Origin: Nemertoderma westbladi
Lineage: Eukaryota > Animalia > Xenacoelomorpha
Reading direction: 5' to 3'
Assembly: GCA_032718475.1 (NCBI GenBank)
Contig: JAUCBJ010007516.1
Span: 1 to 34,404, forward strand
DNA: 34,404 nucleotides
The number at the start of each line of letters is the position of its first letter. The stretch's first letter is position 1. Positions 25,506 through 34,404 of the stretch are shown here, one piece after another. The translations under genes were made by a program, and so were the position numbers. Below the pieces are notes generated by a model that searched no databases, was not told where the DNA came from, and was given only the letters and a program-made list of their open reading frames with translations.

Positions 25506-25973
25506 AAAAAATATATAATAAATAAAACTTTGCAGACCCCCCCCCCCCCCCCCCCCCCCCATTTTTTGTTTTCATTCACACCCAGAGTATTGTATTGCGT
25601 TGTTTAAATATCATAGTTTGATAGGCACAGCGATATGTCTTCAATCTTTGTAATTGTTGAAATTAAGTTTGTAGAATATATTGTTTGTGCGAAATACAAA
25701 ACAAATTATGAGTGAATCCAATTCCCAGAAGATATAATCATCAATATGAGACATGTAACGACGTATGTTTGGAGATTACAGTATAGCTAATTTTGTAGAA
25801 TCATGGGATTTTTTAGAAACTATTGGGTATTTGTCACCAATAATTTTGGCACCATATCGGCGAAACAAAATGTAATACCGCCCACCTCCAGCTTGTAGGG
25901 GTGGGTAAATACAATTGTTAATGTTAATACAGCACTACTCCTAGGATCAGCATGCTGCATTGCAGCTGCATTT

Positions 25974-26331
25974 TTAAGAATGCTGTGCCGGCTTGTCGAC
26001 AAAATTGCGCCGCCACAACTCCCTTTCACCCATGACATTTGCTAGATCATCCGCATCTTCAAGGCCAGTGTTCTTTAAGATGCGTTTCAAGAAAGTCATG
26101 GGCTGTCCACCATGCTTATTCACTCCATGAGGCTGCCAAAGTACAAGATTATGCACTGGCTGGTCCTCACGGCGTAAGCAATGTCCTGCAAAGCGGAGGC
26201 GATTTTGTTCTAGTGTCAAGCTTGGGGAAACCAATGAGACACCTCCAATTTTATATAGTGTCTGGTTGGAGATGTGTGCATTGTACTTGACACAATGAAC
26301 CCGGCGTAGCATTCTTGTGAATGTGCCATCT
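25974..26331 (-). mobile_element. 3' fragment of an RTE-like LINE ORF (post-RT C-terminus)
   Basis: DGTFTRMLRRV...HISNQTLY...RLRFAGHCLRREDQPVHNLVLWQP...RELWR. It is 5'-truncated and abuts an LTR remnant. Confidence 0.8.
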
Positions 26332-26650
26332 GACTAATCAGGAGGGCAGGGTACAGCAAAGCAGAAAGCCGTAGTACGTTAGTACTACTGTATAATCAGG
26401 ATGGATATAATATATAACATAACAAAGAAAGCTACGCCATCTAGCGGGCCAAAGGCGTAGGGCTTATGGTGATACTACACATACCCCTCTTTAGGTGGGG
26501 TGGGGTTGGCGTTAGCGCCTCAAAACAAATAGTTTATAAATAATTTATTGCGGAGTTACGGGTTACTCTAGTTTGTTATACTCGCTGTTCGAGTAACGTA
26601 AGGGCGGTTTTATTATTCTCCCCGACCTAGTCTGGATCGGAGGGGTAACC
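26332..26650 (-). mobile_element. Gypsy 3' end remnant: pol tail, PPT and start of the 3' LTR
   Basis: Minus strand TPPIQTRSGRIIKPPLRY...*, then purine tract aaagagggg (26492-26484), then TGTGTAGTATC (LTR start at about 26481). Confidence 0.6.
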
Positions 26651-26888
26651 GGTTGTGGGACTTTTATTAAAATTTCAATTTTTAATTCACTGTAAGGGGG
26701 CGCAGGCCAAATTTTGCAGTGGGGCGCATGGTGATGCTGTGACGTCACTGCATCAAAGACAACTGTAAATTTTCAGGCACCTTTATCTGGCAGACGAGCC
26801 TTGTATTCTGAACAGTTCCGCCCACATCTACACCGTAAAGGTGGGCGGGAGTGTTTTCTGTTCAACTTAACGTGCCATCTCTAGCTCA

Positions 26889-27512
26889 TAGGGGTGGGTG
26901 TGACCTCTTCCGTACAATGTGAAAGGACCACAAGTCACAAAAAGTCATTTCGAGTAAAACTCAAATTACTGTTTGCCTTGTTGGTTTAAAATCTCCGTAA
27001 ATTACTAATTTTTTATAACCCTACGCAATTGGGTTTGGGAAATTTTTCGACGTGATTATTTTTCACTTTCCATTAATATTTTGACTTCAGGGTTATTTTT
27101 GTACTTACGGTGTTTTTGCATTGTACAACCTGCATGTAAATACATATTTCAAGACAAACATTTCAATAAAACCGTATGTGCGTTTTCTTATTACTGTATC
27201 TACAGTATGCAATGACAAAACGCCGCAAGTCTTGTTGACTTACGGTTTTTTGCATAAATGTAAGTAATTGCGGTCTTTTGTATTGCACTTACGGTCTTTT
27301 TCCTTTGTAACACTAAAATTATACATACTGTATGTTGTGACTTGTGGCCTTTCTAACTGCATATCTCAAGAACTACAGTATATACGGTCTTCTCGATTAT
27401 ACCATTAGATAGAGCGCATTTTTTAGACACAGAAAAAGTGAATATTGGAACAATGCAACTTATGGTCTTTTTACATTGCACGCAGACCTGATAATGACAA
27501 AGTCACACACCC
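26889..27512. mobile_element. Degenerate MITE-like element
   Basis: Termini ggggtgggtgtgac / gtcacacacccc, with repeated cttacggtcttt / aaaaccgta motifs in both orientations. Confidence 0.4.
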
Positions 27513-28325
27513 CTACGAGATAGGGGTACAGTAGTATCACCAACGCCATCAAGTCTGTCGGACACACAGACTAACAGACCTATTGTACATTTCATTTTTA
27601 GATTAAGTACTGTGAATGTTAACACATCAAATACAGACTACATGCAAATTAAACGTAAGTCTATTTGATAAGTCTACATTTTGTCTAAACTCACAGAAGT
27701 AAACATAACAAGTTCAAACATTTAAATATTTGAAGAGTCAGATATCTAAATATCTAATCAACAGCAAACAACACTGACAGGAGATTATAATGTAGTTTTT
27801 TAATTATATTTTATGCCGTTTGTTATTCACACTAACAATTATTATAGTTATACACCAACACCATCTCCCATAATACAACAACCTTTTTAATAACGAGCCG
27901 AAAAAAACACCTCTGTAGCAATCTTTAACCATATCTTTTTAAGGCTTTACTTTTCGTCTTTGGAAAGCAATATCGCTTTCGCCTGCAGATTCCGAATCTG
28001 AAAACCGTTTTAAATATCACCCACAACTAGGCCTACCAAAGATATCGAAATACGATGTGTAAATTTTGAGTCGCAAATTATTTTGCATTGCAAAAATAGG
28101 TCATAATATTTCGGAATGGAATGGTATTTTTTCCCTTTTAAATCTTTATTCCTCCGCCAATTTTCAACCAATGAAAGCTACTGTAATAGTGTGTGCAATA
28201 ATAAAATTCTAGCAGTTTTTTAGTTTTGCAATTGTTGATCAACTGTTATAACTTTTTTTTACGAAAAATGTGCTTTCTTAAAAATTAGAAATTTATTTTG
28301 AAAAATAACGTTATTTTCTTTCAAA

Positions 28326-28720
28326 TACGGTGGCTGATCTATGCCACTTAATAATTTTTTCTTTCAGAAGTTCTCCATGACGTCATAATTTGGTCGACTA
28401 TAAATTAATTTATGGTCTACCAAAAGGTAATTTAATTAATTAAAAAAGAAATTTCCCGGTACCTTGTACGGCGAGATTTGGACAGGCCATTCATTGGTTA
28501 CTCTAAGTAATTACATTCCAATAAACGTGCAATTTGATGGTTTCCCACTTTCCTAACCAATGAATTGCCAATCACAATCTCGACCTACAAGTTACCGGGA
28601 AATTCAAACTACCAAAAATTAATTTATGGTCGACCATAAATTAATTTTTGGTCGACCATTAATTATGACGTCATGGAGAACTTATGAAAAAAAATTAATT
28701 GGCAAAGATCAGCCACCGTA
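28326..28720. mobile_element. Foldback MITE, almost wholly palindromic, TA-flanked
   Basis: tacggtggctgatct...gttctccatgacgtcataatt...aatttcccggta...attcattggtta is mirrored by taaccaatgaat...taccgggaaatt...aattatgacgtcatggagaac...agatcagccaccgta. Confidence 0.85.
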
Positions 28721-29441
28721 TTGAAAAGTACGAAACCACAATTCTGCTCGAATTTGTTCGTAATCGACCATGCTGACTTAAAAAAAAACAGGTTACACCT
28801 TCTGAAAATAAAGTATAGGTCCTAACAATTTAAAGTAGCTTTTTAAGTCAAAAATATATATTTTGGCTCTGGCCGCTAAGGGGCGTCAAAAATTAATTAT
28901 TTAAATATTACAATTCCAAAACTAGTCCAACCAAAATGTATCTTACACGCTTTTTGGAGCAGTATGCAATTTAAAATGAAAAATTAAAACTTCCAAGCCA
29001 GTACCATCCCTCCCTAAGGCTTTCTTTTTACACTTTTCATTATTTTCATAATAGCGTAGCCAAGGTTACGCCTACACGCTACTCTGATTCAGGCTTCCAC
29101 CAAATGAATGGTTCACTGACTCCTCCCTACTGCAGTACCGGTACTGCTCTACGGCCATGGCTCTACGTTCCCGAATGCACTCTTGACTTCCGGTACCGGT
29201 CAGTCGGTAGCGCGGTAGGCAGACTAGTTTCATGCATTTTTGTACCGGTACCGGTACTGTATTTAATTTAGGCCTATAAGTTATCAACTTCTAGTACTGT
29301 AACTGTAGTACAGAGTACAGTAGTATTACATTTATTCTGAATACCGGTACCGGTAATACTGTCACTGTAATAAGCCAATTGAATTGAATTATTGTTTTGT
29401 TTTGTAGTGTAACCAGTACCGGTAACCGTTACGACAATAAT

Positions 29442-31409
29442 ATGTTGATCTATTGCTGGCTAAAGAGAATATTCCTTCGACCTTGGGGATTATTACCTAA
29501 GTTAATAGCCCAGGCGACTACGATTATCACCACGCATTACTACCTCCAATGCAAACTGCCAACAACTCTGATCGCTTCCTTCGTCTTGTACATCCTACTC
29601 GGAGGTTATTCTTTTCTTCGAGTTATATGTCTAACAGCCCCTAGAGATTTACAAGGCCTTTACTATTTAATTATGACGCGACTCGCTGTTTCTATTCGCC
29701 GACGAGCAAAGAAAACAGTCGCGAAATGTTTCGTTGAACAAGCGACAAAAAATCCTGGTAAAACCGCCTTTATTTTCGAAGACAATCACTTTTCTTTCAT
29801 CTATTGCAACCAAGTCGCCAACAGAGTAGCTAATAGATTCCTTGCTCTGGGATACAGACAGGGCGATGTTATCGCTTTATTTATGGAAAATTCCCCAGAT
29901 TTCGTTCTCTTCTGGTTAGGTTTATCCAAGATAGGAGTGATTCCAGCTCTTATTAACTACCAGCTTAGGTCCGAACCTCTCTTACATTGTCTGCGCGCCT
30001 CCAAAGCAAAAGCTGTTGTTTATACACCAGAACTATCCGAAGCGGTAACCAGCGTTACAGACAGACTTTCTGTTATTCTTTATTGCCATAAACCGGTTTA
30101 TTCAAACACTTCCGAAATAATTGAACCCTTTTTAGACGATTCAACATCTTTCGAGGAACCAATAGGGGTTTCTTGCTCTTTCACAGACCCCTTGTTTTAT
30201 ATTTATACGTCGGGTACAACTGGTCTTCCTAAAGCCGCTATTATCTCGCACAATCGCTTTATTTATATGGCTTCCGGAATGACGTTTATGTTCGGAATAA
30301 AATCGACTGATATTTTGTACGACAGTTTGCCTTTGTACCACAGCGCCGGTGGTATTTTAGGAGTAGGACAATGCGTAATCTACGGGGTTACCGTTGTTAT
30401 ACGCAGGAAGTTTTCAGCTTCTAATTTCTGGAAGGATTGTATTAAAAATAAATGCACCGTGGCTCAGTACATAGGCGAAATGTGTAGGTACCTGTTGGCG
30501 CAACCACGTGACCCTGCCACTGATGCCGGGCATTCCGTTCGGGTTGTATTCGGTAACGGTTTACATCCTGGTATTTGGAGCGATTTTAAAAATCGTTTTA
30601 ATATCCAGCAAATAGGAGAGTTTTATGGGGCGACTGAAGGTAATTCTAACATCGTAAACTTTACTAATAAAAGAGGAGCTATTGGGTTTACAACTCGGAT
30701 TCTTCCGTTTTTGTACCCGGTTAAGGTTGTACGGGTTTCCGAGTCCACAGGGGAGCTAATCCGAGACGCGGACGGCATGGCGTTAACGTGTGAACCTGGC
30801 GAGCCGGGGATGTTTGTAGGTAAAATAGTTGCGAACGACCCCGTAAGGGAGTTCGACGGGTATGTCGACAAGGCGGCCACCGGTAGGAAAGTCGCTCGCA
30901 ATGTTTTCACTCAGGGTGATTCCGCCTTTCTTTCAGGAGATATTCTCGTGATGGACGATTTAGGATTCTTCTACTTTAAGGATCGAACTGGCGAAACGTT
31001 TCGTTGGAAAGGGGAGAACGTTTCGACCTGTGAGGTTGAAGGCGTTTTGTCTCGGATTCTAGAACTTCGCGATAATGTTGTTTACGGTGTAGAAGTCCCT
31101 GGTTACGAAGGTCGTGCTGGTATGGTTGCTATAGCTACAGGAAACCTTCCGTTCCCTATAGACTTAGAGAGTTTCTACCAGAAACTAGAGTCCAACCTGC
31201 CTGTTTTCGCTCGGCCTTTGTTTGTGCGTTTCGTTAATAAACTCGAGACTACAGGAACTCATAAACTCCGTAAGGTTGAACTAGTTAAGCAAGGGTTCGA
31301 CCCCGGGTCGGTTAACGGAGACCCGATATTCGTGGTCGGGAGACGAACTTACGAAATTCTCGATCGACAGGTTTACGACGATATTGTTTGTGGCCGTCGT
31401 CGTTTATAG
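29442..31409 (+). CDS. FATP: Long-chain fatty acid transport protein / very-long-chain acyl-CoA synthetase (SLC27A1/4-like), single coding exon
   Basis: Hydrophobic N-terminus, PRDL, AMP-binding YIYTSGTTGLPK, LPLYHSAG, QYIGEMCRYLL, EFYGATEGN and FATP signature SGDILVMDDLGFFYFKDRTGETFRWKGENVST. The first ATG is at 29442, preceded by an acceptor-like ttgttttgttttgtAG (29407). Confidence 0.95.
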   Translation: MLIYCWLKRIFLRPWGLLPKLIAQATTIITTHYYLQCKLPTTLIASFVLYILLGGYSFLRVICLTAPRDLQGLYYLIMTRLAVSIRRRAKKTVAKCFVEQATKNPGKTAFIFEDNHFSFIYCNQVANRVANRFLALGYRQGDVIALFMENSPDFVLFWLGLSKIGVIPALINYQLRSEPLLHCLRASKAKAVVYTPELSEAVTSVTDRLSVILYCHKPVYSNTSEIIEPFLDDSTSFEEPIGVSCSFTDPLFYIYTSGTTGLPKAAIISHNRFIYMASGMTFMFGIKSTDILYDSLPLYHSAGGILGVGQCVIYGVTVVIRRKFSASNFWKDCIKNKCTVAQYIGEMCRYLLAQPRDPATDAGHSVRVVFGNGLHPGIWSDFKNRFNIQQIGEFYGATEGNSNIVNFTNKRGAIGFTTRILPFLYPVKVVRVSESTGELIRDADGMALTCEPGEPGMFVGKIVANDPVREFDGYVDKAATGRKVARNVFTQGDSAFLSGDILVMDDLGFFYFKDRTGETFRWKGENVSTCEVEGVLSRILELRDNVVYGVEVPGYEGRAGMVAIATGNLPFPIDLESFYQKLESNLPVFARPLFVRFVNKLETTGTHKLRKVELVKQGFDPGSVNGDPIFVVGRRTYEILDRQVYDDIVCGRRRL

Positions 31410-32524
31410 GTCGATAATAAAATAATTCGAAGTAATTATTTTAGAATTTTAATTTAATTAATTAATATCCAATCCATAATTAATTATTGCCAAGAGAAAG
31501 AATATGTGTGAACTCTATAGTATAATATAATTGAGTTTTTGAATGTCGTGATCATACAGTATTTTACGTAATAAATATGCCATTAATATTTCTGGTTTTC
31601 TGGGACTAGAAATACATCAATAATAATTCTTTCTGAACAGACACTATAAAATTCATTTAAACGCTAAAAAGATCTTTGAAATTAGAAAATAATAATTTAG
31701 TAATTATAGGTTGTTGTTGTTTGGGTTCCCTTTGTGTTTATACCCTTTTAGATGGGGGCGAGCCTTTTACGTTGTAAATGTATTTAATATTGATGAATTT
31801 GTTCATCACAAGTATTTTGTAATGGGTAAAGTAAATATAATTTGTAATTTTATTCCAAAAGTTCAACATTATTTTCAACCTTTAATAAAGAAAGATGTAA
31901 TAAGTTGTTCAGAAATGTAAAAAATGAAAAAACGCGTCACCGTGGCGTGGGTTGACAACCCCCGGTGACCCGCTTTCTCATTTATATCTTTCGCTTTCTC
32001 ATTATCATATCTTTTATCTTTCGCTTTCTCATATATCATTCATTAAAGTTGCATTAACAGCTTAACTACAATTCATTTATTTAATACAGAAACAACATAT
32101 CACATTATTACATGAGCACATTCATTAGTTAGGTAACGTACAGCTATGGAAGTAGCAACAAGCAGCAAACATAATATTATTTTTATACTGTTATTATTAA
32201 TGATGTAATAATATGAGGGTTTTGTTCAGAGGTGGAAAATTATTATTAATATATTTAGATACTGATAGCTAACACCAATAGATCAGACTGTACTGCTGGC
32301 TCAGACAACTGCAACCATTCAAATTTGCTATGGAAGTATTTAATACTTAGTTCTACTCTTTATCTTCCTAGATGCACTTTTATTAGAAAAATTATACGAA
32401 ATATTTTACACTTTTTTTTTTACAACAAAACAATTTCCTAAACGAATTTTCGTTTCGCTGGGTTACACTTTTGGAATAAAACGATTTTTACATTGCTTTT
32501 GATCCTTGTATCTTTATTTTGAGT

Positions 32525-33220
32525 CGCTCACTTCGCTCGTTCGTCGATATATGTAACAAACCACTCGCAGTAAAGTGATACTTTACTTCACATACAAAAA
32601 TGCATTTCTATATGCAATTTAATGTGAGCATCACTCGCGTTATGTTATGCGTTATTACTAGTATTTTACCTTACATAATATTCAATAATTTTATTGTATC
32701 TTTCTATGCAAATTTGTATTTTCTTATGTTAATTTATTTTATTTTAACTCAATTTAATCTTCAACCGAACTTCAAGATAATAAATTCCAGTAAATTATAA
32801 CTAATTACATACTTGTGTGTAAAGTAGCACTTTATTACATACTTGTGTGTAAAGTAGCACTTTATTACATACTTGTGTGTAAAGTAGCACTTTATTACAT
32901 ACTTGTGTGTAAAGTAGCACTTTATTACATACTTGTGTGTAAAGTAGCACTTTATTACATACTTGTGTGTAAAGTAGCACTTTATTACATACTTGTGTGT
33001 AAAGTAGCACTTTATTACATACTTGTGTGTAAAGTAGCACTTTATTACATACTTGTGTGTAAAGTAGCACTTTATTACATACTTGTGTGTAAAGTAGCAC
33101 TTTATTACATACTTGTGTGTAAAGTAGCACTTTATTACATACTTGTGTGTAAAGTAGCACTTTACAGTGTGATGATCCGAGTGGCTTTGTTACACTAACG
33201 AACGTTAGTGAGTGAATGAA
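32525..33220. mobile_element. Inverted-repeat element enclosing the minisatellite
   Basis: gctcacttcgctcgttcgt...tgtaacaaaccactcg (about 32527-32567) is mirrored by cgagtggctttgttacactaacgaacgttagtgagtga (about 33178-33215). Confidence 0.5.
32804..33163. repeat. Perfect minisatellite, 12 x 30 bp
   Basis: The unit attacatacttgtgtgtaaagtagcacttt is repeated 12 times with no mismatch seen. Confidence 0.98.
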
Positions 33221-34404
33221 AATAAAGCCACGAGGGTCAGAACACTACTTTGCAACAAGTGTATGTAAAGTTTGATTCCAAAATTTTACAGTACTTTGCA
33301 ACAAGTGTATGTAAAGTTTGATTCCAAAATTTTAACATTACGAAATGTTTGTACATGATAGAAACTGCACAAATTAAATTAGTTGTTGTATAAATCAATG
33401 TAAAAGTGAGATAAATTATGTTATAAATAAGTTCGCTTATATTTATGGTGGCGTTTGGAGCCATGTTATAATAATATAGCTAGGCCCTACTGGTTATTAA
33501 TAGCTATACCCCGCCTTCCGGTAGGTAATGCAGTAGGCCTATCTGGCTGTCAGGCAAATTTACACCTATTGTTTACGTGGTATCCAATGACGCCGTAACT
33601 TTACATCTCGCCGTCATTGGTTACTACATAAACATGGGACATTACAACACCCACTACAATACTAAATGTACAAGCCAATACAATGCTGTAATGTCCTCTA
33701 AAGTTGTAAAGTGCTAAATAACAACTCGCTATTAATACTAACGGCGTTGAGTAATGTTACAATTTTGGAATACAAATTTTGAGCTATAAATATTCTATTC
33801 AGTGAACTTGTAACTATTTAATATGAAGTGTTATTCATTGTGCTCTATAATTAAATATATTAGCTAATAGATAATTATATGGTGTCATATATTTTTAATA
33901 TTTTTGTTGCTCATTATATGTGTGAATACGGAGACCCGAAAAGGACATTATGTGAAATATGTATTTTTATCTAGAGCGCTCTAGAAAATCTTTTTTTTTA
34001 TTGGTTGAGCTGATTTTGCGGGAAATTCAAAATACCTAATCTTTTCGTTCTGTACCCCGGCAGACAGTTAGATTTATAATTAATTAGCGATCCGGTACCA
34101 ACCTAAACCATTACCCGATTTATGCATTTGAACTTCCACCAAATCAGTCCAACTAATCGAATTAAATATAATCTAGAGCGCGAGCGCTCTAGGTAGAGCA
34201 GTTTTGTAGAAGACATTATTTTTGTTAACTTGTCAAAATTATTATTTAGTATTTTGTCATCAACAATGTTGCTAAAGTTTATTATGCACCTCGTTAAATT
34301 TTTCCCAATATATTAAATAATCATTACTCTTATATTATTTATTTTGACGGTCTGTCATACTTGCTCTAGTCGCTCTAATCTATTATCAACAAACAGAACA
34401 GATG

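Noticed and set aside
25537-25560. Long C/G homopolymer runs (also about 5227, 9268, 17970, 21161, 22369)
   Set aside because: Common in such repeats and their lengths are error-prone. There is no evidence of specific function.
31398-31409. FATP C-terminal -RRL as a peroxisomal PTS1
   Set aside because: The -3 residue does not fit the small-residue consensus, and similar endings are usual in this family.
31935-31975. GC hairpin gtcaccg...cggtgac followed by a T-run on the minus strand (terminator-like or tRNA-like)
   Set aside because: Too short. There is no A box or cloverleaf, and bacterial terminators are irrelevant here.
32801-33198. Repetitive ORFs (LLYTQVCNKV)n / (CKVALYYILV)n, or a CRISPR-like array
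   Set aside because: These are by-products of a stop-free 30-bp tandem repeat. Units are identical with no spacers, and the context is eukaryotic.

Overview
AT-rich animal (probably bilaterian invertebrate) genomic DNA, dominated by nested non-autonomous transposons. There are two intact genes with intronless coding regions: UBE2G1/Ubc7 (17023-17565, +) and an SLC27/FATP acyl-CoA synthetase (29442-31409, +). The 5' exons of a calmodulin-like EF-hand gene lie at about 6234-6566 (-). Mobile DNA includes two Gypsy LTR-retrotransposon 3' ends, two RTE-like LINE 3' fragments, a tRNA-derived SINE-like head, Helentron/HINE-like elements (one with a 315-bp tandem array of CTCF-like motifs), a Merlin transposase scrap, many MITEs with readable TIRs/TSDs and a perfect 12 x 30-bp minisatellite. 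The most striking observation is a decayed CRE-clade non-LTR retrotransposon (RT, zinc knuckle, restriction-like endonuclease; about 22481-24430). Its stop codon is followed after a single base, with no 3' UTR or tail, by the 3' third of a histone H3 coding sequence (24432-24561). This suggests a histone-H3-targeting site-specific retrotransposon. All calls were made by eye; superfamily labels for the MITEs are inferred from termini and TSD length only.
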